From Lama guanicoe (lineage: Eukaryota), in the NCBI GenBank assembly GCA_013239625.1, contig MU053493.1, forward strand, positions 381,793-445,792: a DNA stretch of 64,000 bases. Direction: 5' to 3'. Of this stretch, positions 51,977 to 64,000 are shown one piece after another. The notes under the pieces are model-generated. The model ran no database searches, was not told the origin of the DNA, and saw nothing but the letters and a program-made list of their open reading frames with translations. A program made the position numbers and the translations under genes. How positions within the stretch are numbered: the stretch's first letter is position 1; the number at the start of each line of letters is the position of its first letter.

Positions 51977-53555
51977 CTAATCAGAGTCCAACCCTGCTAA
52001 TCCAATGAGGTCCCTCAGAGGGGGCTTGGGTCGGTACTTTCCTTTGCTGGCCAGGGGCTTTCTCTTTGATAGATTCTTTGCCTCTCCGTTATGAGGGCAC
52101 TGAGTTTTTCAGTGACCAAACTTGCAGTGTCCGCATTGGTCCTGCTGCAGTGTGGCCCTCGCACGAGGTCCCCTCTTCTGCAGTCGGGTTGGATGCTGGT
52201 TTATGTCGGGGCTTCCTAGTGCCACTGCCAACAGCAATGCTTTCTGTTTCATCTGTTTGTCAGCTTCTTGTTGGGCTTTGCGATCTCAGTTTATGAAGAC
52301 TTTTTTGGCCACCTCTAACAGTTGAATAGAATTCATTCCAACAAAACCTTCCAGCTTTTGGAGTTTTGAGGTGAAGTCGGTGAATGACTATGCCACGAAA
52401 CCAGCATTGACCATTCACTGGTTTTCAGGGGCCTCGGGATCAAATGGGATGTAGATCCAAAAAGCTTCACATACTCTCTCATAGAAGTTTGTGTGGGACT
52501 CATCCAGCTTTTGGATCTCCATGGTGGTTTTGGAACTGTTGTTTGTCTTCTTCATTCTTGCTTGCAACCCATGTAAGAGGGTACTCCAGTATTCACGCAA
52601 AACCTCTCATCTGGCTTGGGTGTTAAAGTCCCTGTTTGGTCTCATTTCAGGGGCTGCATCTTTCTACATCTAGATTCTCTGCCAAGGCCCCTCCTTGTAG
52701 CCACTTTATGGTTTCTGTCAGGATATGCTTTCTTTCTTCAGTGTTGAAGAGTGTTACGAGCAGCTGATGGATGTCATTCCAGGTTGGTTGGTTGTTGTGT
52801 CTGGAAGATAGATTCTAGGAGGACATTCATGACCTGAGATTTCTCTCAATAGGGCAGAGTGTGATGTTGCCAGTTTAAGAGGTCTGTCATGCTGAAAGGA
52901 TGGTAGTATAGGATGAAGCAGCCAGGCTGCACAGAGCCATCATAACTTACTTGTTGGGGCCCTTGGGTCTCCCAAGGAGGGATCTGGAGGGAGGCCTCTG
53001 GCTGTCTGACTCACTGGGCTGAGTGGAGTCTCCTCCCTATGGACTTCTGGATTGGACCTGGAGGTTGTGGCAGTGGGGACACAGACAGAGGTGGAGTACC
53101 TAGTAGCGGTGGCTGTGGTGGATCCATAGAAACAGGGAGAACATATATCAGGGGCATCAATTGCTTTTCTTCAGGGTACCCCTGAAGGATTGGCTTCATC
53201 ATATCTTCCTTTTCATCTTCAACGTTTGGGCCATGAGGATCCTACAACATCCCTATTTGCACAGAACTGGACACACAGAGGCAAGGTTTGGGTGATCATC
53301 AGCCAAGAATCAATATATAGAAATTGGTTGGGGTGCCCTGGGGTCTTGGTATTCACTCAGTATACAGCCCAGATAGTTTGCAAGTCAAGTGTGCCTTCTG
53401 AGGGCCATCCCACTCCAAAGGTAGACAATTCTAGCTTGCACAATGTGCAAAATTTTCCTGGTGTCACTTTAATCCCATGGTCTCCTGAGAAGCCCTTTTT
53501 GAAATTTTTAATCATGCAGTCCAGAGCAGTCGGTCCTTGATGTTGAGGTCCCCAT
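51977..53555 (-). pseudogene. gag: ERV gag, decayed
   Basis: MG start at 53555, MA motif GVGWPSEGTLD, MHR-like QKLDESHTNFYERVCEAF..Y, zinc knuckle DQCGHCKFGH*KTQCP (~52095-52145), terminal LDSD-TAG-GGG. Confidence 0.88.
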
Positions 53556-55945
53556 TGTTATGTGACAGATTTTATGGCCTATAGGCATAAGTCTGCTTCT
53601 GGCACCACAGATGGTGACCCTAGTTACTCTGTTTCCTCCACTCCTCAAATCAGTGGAGCTCCCTAAAAGTCAGCTGCCTCACTGTGCCTCACATCTGCCT
53701 GGCTGAAAGCATTGCCAGTGAGTTGGGGTTTCTCCCAGGAAAGAAATCTCTGATGAATTCTAGGGCTTGGACAATTTTCAGGGATCCTTGTACAAAGCCT
53801 TCTCAATAGCCTGAACTGACAAAGCATGGGGATGGGATGGCGGGCTTGTGACAAAACAAGTGTACCAAAAAGGGGCCTTCAAGGAAGGGTGCAGCCAGTC
53901 CTGGGGAAGTCCTCCCTGGCTCACATCTTGAGGTCTCAACGTTAGACAGAAAGGGCAGTACTGGGGCTTGTTCACTAATTGTGACAAGATATCTTGAATG
54001 TCTGATCATATAGTCACATCTGAAACTTTCTCAAAAGAGTCTCATCCTAGTCCTTGAGGGCACAGGGGTCACTTACTCATGGGATGGTCTACATCCCTTT
54101 CCCTCCCTGTGTGGCCACCCTGTGCCATGTTGCAGACAAGACAAAGAGAGGGACTTTTGCTGTATCCACCTGGGCACTCCCCTTTTGGGGATGAAGGTGC
54201 CTCAGCATTGGTGAGTCAGTATAATCTGCTGACACTGATACCCTGAAGGGTTGATACCACCCTGAGCCATATGAGGTCACCATGAAACCTCATGTTGGGA
54301 CTCACTCAAAGTCTATAGCAGAGCTCCCTGGAGCTACAGACTCGAACCTGAAAGGCAAGCAGGTCAGGCCACATACACACACACACACTCAGAAGTTAAT
54401 TTCACATTCCTCCCCACCAACTTGGGCATCCTTGACCTATGTTCCCAATCAGGGAACCCTTAGGAGATGATCAATCTCCTCTTCTGTCCACTGGGATAGG
54501 ACCTGATTATGGACTAGTCCCCAGGTTCCTAGCTGTCTGGTGAGTTGGTCCATCCATCCACCGAATCCAATCAGGGTTCATCTGCCCAAAGAGCTGAACC
54601 AGTTTGGTGAAGGAGGACCCAGAATATGTGACAGGCCACCTCTTTCACTTTAGGGGTTCCCTGACCTCCAGGTGGTTGCTCCGTCACTCCAGTGACTCAA
54701 GGTGCCAGCACGGTTGGAATCTCAATGGGGCCTCCAGAAATGTTACAGAAACCTGAATCCTGTTCAGAGACCAAGTGACACTTGGAGGATTAGAAAACTT
54801 AGCTTTATTATACCTGTGGGCCCAGAGGAGTTAACAATTCAAGCTCTGAACCCCACCAGTAGGTTTATACAGGTTTTAGGTTTCCATTAAGTTTGCACAA
54901 TATGCAAATGATGTGATAGAAATTGACCAATAAGCAGTGAGCTTTTTGGAACAAATGGGATTTTAGGGGTAAATTTCATTTTCCTAGAAGCAAGCCATTC
55001 TACAGAAGCCCAAAAGTGGGAAGATAAAGGCCCTGCCTGGGCGGTCTTGCTGATCCCTTTGTGGGTTTTGCCCTTTCAGCACCAAAGTTATTAATGCATT
55101 CTTCATAAAATTTAAAAGTAATGCATTTTCATAATAGAATTTATTTTTTATAAACACACTCAAATATGTTTAGCTTCTTTTTACTGTATTTGAAAAGATG
55201 CCAAAAGTAGACAAAATTTTGACTATACAATAAAAAAAGAATTCAATAGCATAAAAAAGTAGATAAATATTTGTTCAGCAATTAATGTTTAAATATTTTA
55301 TTTAGAAATGATCTAGATATTCAACAAATATATATTATTTACCTTCACTTAGTATAACATTAAATTTTGAAGTTGCTAAAAAGTTTGCAGGACTACATTT
55401 AAGTGGACTTAGTCCTATAAAACATAATTATGTTGAAGTTTATTTTGAAAATTTTATTCCTTTACACCTATTTAATCACTTGTTATGAATAGTTATGCTT
55501 GAATTGATCATTAAAATTTCATGAACTAAACAAATCTACACATAATCCTGAGTTATTTTTTGTTGACAAATTAGGCAGTTATGAAAAATAAAAGTCACAG
55601 AATTAAAGAAATTAAAAGTTAAATATACAGTCTTCTCTTTGTTTTCATATATTTTTTTCTATACTGTGCTGGAAATGTATCAAATAATTAATTTTATTTA
55701 CAGTTTTTCTTAGTTTGAATTTATTGTTTTGTAATATTAACCATCAAGGAGAGAGAACATAAGCTTCCTTGTCTAGTAAGCATTGGCAGAAAAAGGTGTA
55801 TGTCTTCACTATAGTTGATCTGAAGACATTCCTGTTTGCTTGTTTTTATGTTATCAACAGTTTTGGAAGCTAGCTTTATTATAAACATTGTCCCAAATAA
55901 AATGTTATAGATTTATCAATTTTATTAAAAATGATTTTTTCTATG

Positions 55946-56233
55946 CAGTCATCCTTTGCCATCCTCAGAAACTTGACCCCAGAACCTCCATGGCTACAGA
56001 AATACGTAGATGGTCAAGTTCATGGTATAAAACTGCATCCTATTTCTTGTATACTTACATAATTTTTAGATTAATTGCAATACTCAGTATAATGTAAATG
56101 ATATGTAAATAGTTGCTGGTACAGGACAAATCCAAGTTTTGAATTTTGGAAATTTTCTATTTTTTTTAATGTTATTGATCTACAGTTGGTTGAATCCATG
56201 GATGCCTAACCTTTGTATACAGAGGGCTGACTG
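55946..56233. mobile_element. MER2/Tigger-type DNA transposon remnant
   Basis: Terminal inverted repeats CAGTCATCC...GGGCTGACTG followed by TA. Confidence 0.65.
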
Positions 56234-57936
56234 TATTTTCATGTGTTTAGAAACACTTAATTTATAGAAGTGCTTGTTTATCTGTAAGCTAATTTGAATA
56301 CAACTCCATTAAAGGATTTTATAAGTTAATTTAATAATATCATACAGAGGTAGAAATAACTTGTATATGTAACATACACAAATAGATACAAAAACACATA
56401 AACATACCTAAATTATAGATACATAGAAACAGACATCTTATATCTTTCATTAGAAAATTTTAGCTATGAGGCAATAAAACATAGTAATACAAGCTCACTG
56501 GTTAATCCTCACTTTATCTTTTCATTTGAATTGTGTTCCACCCAAGGAGGCAAGTTACAGTGCCCAATTTATCAATATTTTGCTTTGACATGTATTCTGA
56601 TGAATGTTGTGAATTAAACTTTAGACCAGTAACTGAGGAGACATCTAGCTGCTGCAAAACCCAACTGAGTGGACAAAATGCAGAGTTCTGTTCCCTAGTA
56701 GGAATTTTTTCTCTTTTCTGCCCAAAGTGGTTGCTTTGAGGGGGATCCCTTAGTCTGCTGAGAGCCCTCCATGTGGGACTAAAGTTCAAGTGAGTGTCAA
56801 GAACCAAGGGGCTAGGTAGGAAGTGAAAAGTATATGCGGTGCAAAGCAGGGTAGGAAAGGTAGGATTTGAAAGGAACACATCAAATGATTCAAAGAAACT
56901 GGAGGAAAGATCAAAAGCAGTGACAGGGGAAACAGGAGCAGCTGGCACAGGAAGGGAGAGGACTAAGGAGCCAGACTGAGTTTCCAAATTATCTTTAGTA
57001 AAACTGTGTCCAGAAGAAAAGGAAGTGAAAAGTGTTGGTTGAGCATATACTCAGCAAGTATTTAGGAATGACATATTCAGTACACTGAGATGCTTCCCAG
57101 ATCTTAACTAGTAGTAACTTTATACTTATGAACACAGAAGACTGGGACTCTAACCCAACCTTCAGCTTCTTGCAAATGCATGCTTGCCTGGGACTCTAAC
57201 ACAGTTTGTGTTTGCCTATGACTCCAACCTAGCTTCTTAGAGAGAAGCCCAGAAATCTAACCCAGCCTCTGTTTGTCTGGGACACTAATCTTTATTGTAG
57301 TGTATCCTTAAACATATGAATCAGAATCCCTCCTTACCATATTCAATGGATACTTGTCTGGACCAATGATTTGAAGTCAGACTCAACAAAGGATCCCAAA
57401 TCAATCAATCAGAAGGGAATACAAAGTCTTCAAAGGAGTACCCAAACTCCAGGATGAATCTAGTTTGTATACATTGTACCATCGTAATTGTCAAATAAAA
57501 CCATACTGTTTAGAGGAATAAAAACAGGATTTACTCAGGACTTTTGCAATGGCAAAAGGGGATATCAGTATAGAACAGTCTCAATTCCATGTACAGCATG
57601 AGGAAGTTGGAATTTATTAAAAAAAAAAGAAGCTTTGAGGTGGAGCTCAGGAGATGGAAAATTGCTAAAGGCAAATGACAATGGCCAGATTGTGGTTATA
57701 CCCATGTAACAGGCATCTTCCTGAAGTCATGCCTGGTTGAACTGTCATAACCTGGTGGATTTTGAAGGATGATATACCTGATTAGATATTGAGGGTAATC
57801 AAGCTTAAGGATGAAAGACCCTTGCTAAACTGTTTTAGCAGAGTTCACAGTAAGGATTTTACATGAATGTGCACAGAATGGATTCAGAGATTGTTTAGAA
57901 GCATGCCTAAGTTTTGTTGAAGCAAAGAGTCTATCA

Positions 57937-58463
57937 CTACCAAAGAAAAATTGAACAACTATTCCACAATGGATGAAAGGAAGATTATGTCTGGAATACA
58001 GGAGATTCTTTAGGGTTTCTATTACTGTTAATCTGCCTTGTGATTAAGTTCAGTGGAAAATTACAACTCATTCTGAGCAGGACTACTAATGGCCCATCCC
58101 TTCTGGAATTTTACTAATTTAGCTGCTATCACTTTACCAGTTACACAAATGAGGACTGCCAGTGTCATAAGGTTTCCCTCCTTATTGTGTTGTGATTACA
58201 TGTGTATATGTGCATGTACAACATATATATATGTACTATATAAATATATATAGACATTTGATATGTATAAATAAGTCAGATGTCTTTGAGTGTTTTAAAA
58301 ATCTAGATGAATAAACATCACTCAAGTACTTTCTTCTTCTCAGGAAGAGGTTAATGTGTTGTGCCATGTTAGGAAGAATTATGTCCTTGTTATTGTCTTT
58401 TTTTGAAGTTTAAGTATGGCTGAAGTTGGTGGGTGTAGGTGACAATTGAACAAGGGGTAGACT
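57937..58463 (+). mobile_element. ERVL internal 3' end with PPT
   Basis: TTCCACAATGG..GTCTGGAATACAGGAGA..GACTACTAATGGCCC ERVL 3' text; PPT GAACAAGGGGTAGAC precedes the LTR. Confidence 0.65.
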
Positions 58464-59024
58464 TGTGATGAGAACTTTCCTGGGCTAAGGGATGTACAGA
58501 TAGCTGGTAAATCATTATTTCTCAGTGCATTTCTAAGTGGGTATCAAAAAGGTATTGGCTTTGGTTCAGCAACTGAGTAGAGTGACCTGCCTTCACCAAT
58601 GTGAGTGATCTTTCAATCAGAATAGAGAGCCATAGGGGAATGAAAAGCAAAAAAAAACAAAAACAAAACAAAACTTACTGTCTCCTGAAACTGGGACATC
58701 TATCTTTTCTTGTCCTTGAGCATCAGATATCCTGTTTCTTTGGCCTTTGAACTCTGGAATTTACAGCAAGGGCTTCTTCATTCAAATGTCTTTGGTTTGG
58801 GAGTAGCAGTTACACCATCAACTGCCCTTGTTCTTAGAGTTTCAGTCTCAGATTGAATTATACCACCAGCTTTCCTGGTTCTTCACCTAGTGGATGGCAT
58901 ATTGTGGGACGTTTACCATGTATAACTACCAGAGAAAATTCCTATAAGAAATGTTCTTTAGTATCTATTTCTATATCGCTCTGTCCTATAACTTCTGATT
59001 TTTCTAAAGAATGCTGAAAAATAT
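58464..59024 (+). mobile_element. MLT2-type (ERVL) LTR
   Basis: TGTGATG start, GGGCTAAGGGATG..CAGATAGCTGGTAAA..CATTATTTCT, CTGGGACATC..TCTT..CTTG MLT2 signatures. Confidence 0.75.
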
Positions 59025-59374
59025 TGGTTTAGGTATGGAGAGTGGTTCTAGGGATATAATTTATAGATGAGTTTTTTGTTTGTTTGTTGGGGGATTTCCT
59101 GGAATTGCTCTCTAATTGGATATAAATATGCTAGTGAATCTATTTGCATTAGAAAGCACAGCTCTGTTTGTGCATGGTGTGATCTATTTATGGAGACACA
59201 CAAAAATATCTACATTGAATATTTCTCATCAATCATTAAAAAAGGAAGAAGTTAAGTATATGTATATGATCTTTTCTAACACTTTCAGAAATCAAGGAAT
59301 ATAACAGAATTGGTTTGTTCCTCCTAATATTGCTGGACAAAGTGTTGGGGATGGGGGAAAGATGAGCTCATACC

Positions 59375-61990
59375 TGGATATTCAATTCCTTCTTAAGGTT
59401 TGGGAAATTTTCAGCCATAATTTCTTCAAATACTTTTTTTATCCCCTTCTCTCTTTATTCTCTTTTTGAACTCATAAATTTTTTAACATTATTTATATTG
59501 AATTATTGTGAATATTGTGTCAATTTTCAGTGTAGAGCACAATTTTTCAATTATACATGAACATACATATATTCATTGTCTCATTCATTTTTTCTGTGAG
59601 CTATCACAAGATCTTGTATATATTTCCCTGTTCCATACAGTATAATCTTGTGTATTGGGTTCTATATATGCCTGTCAGTATCTACAAATTTTGAACTCCT
59701 TTAATCTGTCCCTTCCCACCTCCTTCACATTGTCAACAACAAGTTTGCATTCTATGTTTCTGTTTTGTATTTATGCAGTCTGTTTCTGTTTTGTATTTAT
59801 GCAGTTTGGTGGAGCCACTGTGAAAAACAGTATGGAGATTCCTCAAAAGACTAGGGATACAATTAACATATGACACAGTAATCCCGCTCCTGGGCACATA
59901 TACAGAAGGAACTATACTTCAAAAAGAAACCTGCACCCCAGTGTTCATAGCAGCATTATTTACAATAGGCAAGACATGGAAACAGTCTAAATGTCCATCG
60001 ACAGATGACCGGATAAAGAAGAACTGGTATATTTTTACAATGGAATACTATTCAGCCATAAAAATGATAACATAATGCCATTTACAGCAACATGTATGTC
60101 CCTGGAAGATGCCATTCTAAGTGTAGAAAGCCAGAAAGAAAAAGAAAAATACCATAGGAGATCGCTCATATGTGGAATCTAAAAAAAAAATCAAAAACAA
60201 AAACAAACAAAGAACATAAATACAAAACAGAAACAGACTCATAGACGTAGGAACTCTTTTTGGAACTCATAATTTTAATGTCAGTATGTGTGATGTTCTC
60301 CTACAAATCCCTTAAAATGTTCTCATTTTTCTAAATTCATTTTTCCCTTTGCTGTTCTGATTTGATGTTTTCTAGTGTTTTGTCTTCCAGATGACTTATG
60401 CATTCTTCTGTATCACCCAATCTGCTTTTAATTCCCTCTAGTGTAATTTTCATTTCTCTTTTTTTATTTTTTAACCCTGTTGACTTCTTCTTTATATTTT
60501 CTATTTCTTTATTAAGGTTCTCACTGTGCTTATTTATTATTTTCCCAAGTTCAGTTAACATTCTTATTACTATTGATTTGAAATCTTTACCAGTTCAATT
60601 AATTTATCCCTATTTAATTAGGGGTGATTTCAGGGTTTTTTCCCCTTGTTCTTTTGCTTCAAACATATTGTCCTGTCCTCTCATTGTGTTCACCTTCCTT
60701 TGTGTTTATGAAATTAGGTGAAACAGTCATCTATCCCATTTTGAAGCTGAAGCCTTATATGGGAGCCTCCCTGTGCAGTCTGCATATACACAGTGGCTCT
60801 GTTGGGAGAGCTGGTTTCAAAGTGTGCATGGGCCATGTTTTTCCTTAGAATGTGCTAACAATCACTGTCTTGTTGGGAGACACTACTGCATTTAAAGGGT
60901 CTAGAGCCAAAATTTTCTAACTGAGATATCTCCCATGCTCAATGGCTGTCACTACACTTTGCAGGTGTGATCAAGGCCTGAAGTTCTGGAGCAAACACCC
61001 AGTAGTTCATTTCTCCTAGATGTGCTGACAGTCTCTGCCTTGGTTTGGGATACTGCTGGGACCTGAGAGCTTAAGGCTGCACTTGTAATTTGGTTTCATG
61101 ATTTTCCCAGTGTGAGTACCTTGATTAGAGTCTGGGTAAGGCCCAGAGGGTCTTGAGCTAACTCCCTTCCACATGTGTGCAGGGACAGGCATTCTGGTAA
61201 TGGTCTCCAACCTGAAGCTAGCATTGCTCTTTTTCATGTGGCCACATGTAAGCATGTTGTAGAGGTGATGGTCTTTACCTTTCAGCTATCAGTCTTTCCC
61301 TAGTGTGTGTACCAAAGTGCATGCTGCCAGTGGCTGCTTCTATCCAGGACAGAGGCAGGGCTGGGGTCAGAGCTGGCTCTGTTCCCTTGAAGTATGCACA
61401 CTCTCATTGGCAATGGCAGCCTTCACCCTAGTGAGGAGCAAGGCTGGAGCAAGAGTAGCTGGAGCAGGAGGTGCATGCAGGCTGGGGGATGTGCTTTGGT
61501 GGTCCTGACCAGCTGAAAGAGCCCCAGGACATTTGCAGTCTGTTCCTTCAGCAGTGTGACTGTTCATAAGCAAGTATGTGCTTGCACTCTTTGAGGGCAG
61601 AGTCACAGTTTCTTACAGCCCTCCAGTAAGTCTCACTGGTTTTCAAACCAGCTAAGGAGGCTTGTCTTCCCAGTGTCAGACACAAGGGATGGGGTGCCTA
61701 ATATGTGGCTCAAATCACTGGCTTCCCAGGAGGGTCCCATGAACCTGTCATATCTTCCTCTACTTCTGTGACCCCTGCTAGGAGCATGTGTCCCAACCAG
61801 GTCACTTACCCTCCCTTCTTACCAAACTCTGTGTGGATCTTTCTTTGAAGCCTTGGTTGTAGGACAGCCATCCTGCTAGTTGCCAGGTAATGTCAGTGAG
61901 TAGTTCTAGACATAGCCTAATGTTGATGTGTTTGTGAGGAGAGATTACAGCCCATCATCCTCCCACTCTGTCATGTTGATCCCCCTGCCT
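59375..61990 (-). mobile_element. L1 5'UTR plus ORF1 5' part (3'-truncated), interrupted at 59478-60252
   Basis: ORF 60337-60561 is ORF1 coiled-coil-like (ELGKIINKHSENLNKEIENIKK); ORF1 resumes at 59470 (FEEIMAENFPNLKKELNIQV). Confidence 0.8.
59478..60252 (-). mobile_element. 5'-inverted (twin-primed) L1 3' fragment
   Basis: Minus-strand 3'UTR 59478-59800 joined to a plus-strand ORF2 end 59800-60252; TSD CTCTTTTT(G)GAACTCATAA at 59460 and 60254. Confidence 0.8.
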
Positions 61991-64000
61991 GATTATTAGT
62001 GCCTTTTTTTCCAGTTCAAGTGGTCTCAACTCTCAAAGTGGAAGTGAGATAGCCAGTATCAATGGGTTTCTCATCTCCATCCCAAATGGTGGCAGTCTCC
62101 TAATTCACCATGGTATCAGTCTTTTTGCTCCAGTCTGAGTGTATTATCCCTGATTAAACAGGAAAATGGTAATATTGTCTCCTGAGGTAGTGGCCACTTA
62201 TGACTAGCCTCAGGTCCCTGTAGGCCACTAAAGGTGAGGTTACAAAATGTAACCAATGAGGAGGTGTGGACACTGCAAAACAACTACTTGATTGTGTGTG
62301 TGTATACAGGAATCTGGGGAATATGTGTAGGAATGTACTTTATGGGTGTGGAAATAATGGTAGAAGCAATATAAACTTGGATTAGTCCCAATTAACTAGT
62401 ATAGGCCCATAAATCAGAGATTGTCCATTGGCTGTTGTAGTATTTGGAGTTAGAAAAGAATCTAACCAGTTGGTTTTTTATGACAAAAAATGGGAAAAAT
62501 TAGATCAAAAGAGAGCCCACAATATGAAAATTAGTCATATTTATTCTTACTTGGTTTAACATAGAAGGTGTTCAAAAGCTTAGGGCCACTGGAATGTAAC
62601 TGTGGATTTGTTGTTTAAGACCTATTCACCCACACTGGGTGGTTTCCTGAAGACCACCTTTCACCAATTATTTGAGAAATAAACTTGAGAGTGGTGTTCT
62701 AGCACCTTGAGAATCTCTGTGTTTTCTCTTCTTTATAGGCTGGGCCTCACAGTGGGAATTGGAAAATCCACTAAATTGAAAAATCTAAATATAGTGGGCA
62801 TAATTGGATCATGGGATGGCTAACCAAATGATATCACTTAACCCCCAAATTGAAGGTAGAAATAGTTCCTATAGTGAGCAGCAGAAGCAAAGCAGCATGA
62901 AAATATTTTGGTTGGCATAGGCCTATGGTGCTGGCTCATTAATCATGGTGATCCTAAAAGTGAAAGAGACAGGAAACCTAATTAAATATTACTAAATCTG
63001 CATAAGCAGAAAAGTTATGATCAAAGTGAAGAAAAGTGTAACTAGAATCATAAAAAGAGTTCATCATAACCTTTCAATCAGTTTCCTGACATGAACCAGA
63101 TTATAGACCTAGAGACCCTTGAACGAAAGGGAATGAAGAAATTGCAGAAAGAACTTATCTCAGTAACAAAAAATTTTACTGTTAGTCTTTCTCCTAGCCT
63201 TTCCAAAAGGGATCTACTGCAATTTACCAGGGTAACTGTGCACTTGGTTTGGAGGGTGATATAATTAAACACATCAGAGACTACTTGAGCATTGGCTGTG
63301 TTTGACATTGCCTTTAGGAGAATGAAAACATCACTCTGCCCACTACTGAAAGGAGGGGTTTATGGGGATCAGATGAACAATGACATTTTAGCTCAAGTCC
63401 ATGTCACAGAGGGTCCAGCAGTTCTCCTAACTCATCCTGTGGTCATTCCCAACTCTAGACTACATACTTGGAACAGATATTTAGAAGCTGTCAGAATCCT
63501 CTCACTGGTTCCTCAGTCTGAAGGGTGATGGTTGCTATGTTGCAAAGGCCACAAGGAAGTCATTTGAACTGCCTAAACCCAACATCAAAATCAGTGTCAC
63601 ATTCCTGGAGGAATTGCAATGATTGGTGACTCCATTAAGGACTTGAACTATGCATGGGTTGTGATTTCCACCAAATCCTGTAAAATCTTCTATGTGGTTG
63701 ATTCAGAAGGCAGCAGAATCTTATCAAATAACAGTGGATTAAGGAAATCTTATCCAGATGTGGTTTCATTGGTGAGCAAATTGATCCACTGTACAGTAGT
63801 CATTAAACAGCCATTGATCTGGCACATGACTTTTTCTCCAACTTGTCCATAAAGTTCACCAGAAGCAGCTTCCTTTTAGGTTTCAAAGTCAGTAATACAC
63901 CTTTACATCCTACATTGGTGGAATATCAACTTTCCAGCTTATGACACAATGATAATTATTCCCTTCTACAAGATACTATACTTGTTCATTTTATTGATAA

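Larger units (their letters stand above)
43960..55078 (-). mobile_element. Near full-length gamma-like ERV1 provirus, tRNA-Thr PBS
   Basis: 5' LTR 54741-55078, 3' LTR 43960-44379, 4-bp TSD GCAC (43956-43959 and 55079-55082), PBS TGGAGGCCCCATTGAGAT (54719-54736; 16/18 to tRNA-Thr), PPT 44380-44390; gag, pro-pol and truncated env remnants. Confidence 0.93.
41003..57936 (-). mobile_element. MER31-like ERV1 element (5' LTR ~57489-57936, deleted 3' LTR 41003-41125) hosting the Thr-PBS provirus
   Basis: The minus strand starts TGATAGACTCTTTGCTTCAACAAAAC (MER31-like); flanked by CTACC at 40998-41002 and 57937-57941. Confidence 0.6.
59025..64000 (+). mobile_element. ERVL internal region (leader/gag/pro/RT remnants), interrupted by L1s
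   Basis: GGIAMIGDSIKDL (~63607), HQKQLPF and terminal LVHFID (YIDD-like, ~63981) RT motifs. Confidence 0.7.

Noticed and set aside
56514..56987. 157-aa ORF
   Set aside because: It has a non-ATG start, low complexity and no recognisable domain, and it lies in an ERV internal leader.
57130..57300. Spaced GGGACTCTAAC repeats resembling a CRISPR array
   Set aside because: They are degenerate and irregular repeats in an ERV leader in mammalian DNA; there are no cas genes.

Overview
Mammalian (eutherian; probably laurasiatherian, possibly camelid) genomic DNA made almost entirely of nested retroelement fossils. I see no intact protein-coding gene or RNA gene. The window is organised as an old inverted (fold-back) segmental duplication: a left arm ~625-14046 and a right arm ~24465-47940, separated by a ~10.4 kb single-copy spacer. 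It contains a near full-length gamma-like (ERV1) provirus with a tRNA-Thr PBS (43960-55078, minus; a rearranged partial paralog at 1-3008), a deleted tRNA-His-PBS ERV1 (14546-19237), MER31/MER4-group and ERVL/MLT2 remnants, a full-length decayed L1 with two 5'UTRs (28094-38955), several truncated L1s and a full-length TUBA1A processed pseudogene (22442-24112). The most notable signals are near-identical gene-conversion-like tracts between oppositely oriented L1s, a reconstructable 57-aa two-TM ORF between pol and env of the provirus, and recent tandem duplications confined to the left arm. I found no evidence of an intact novel gene system. Repeat family names come from recalled consensus motifs and need RepeatMasker/Dfam confirmation.
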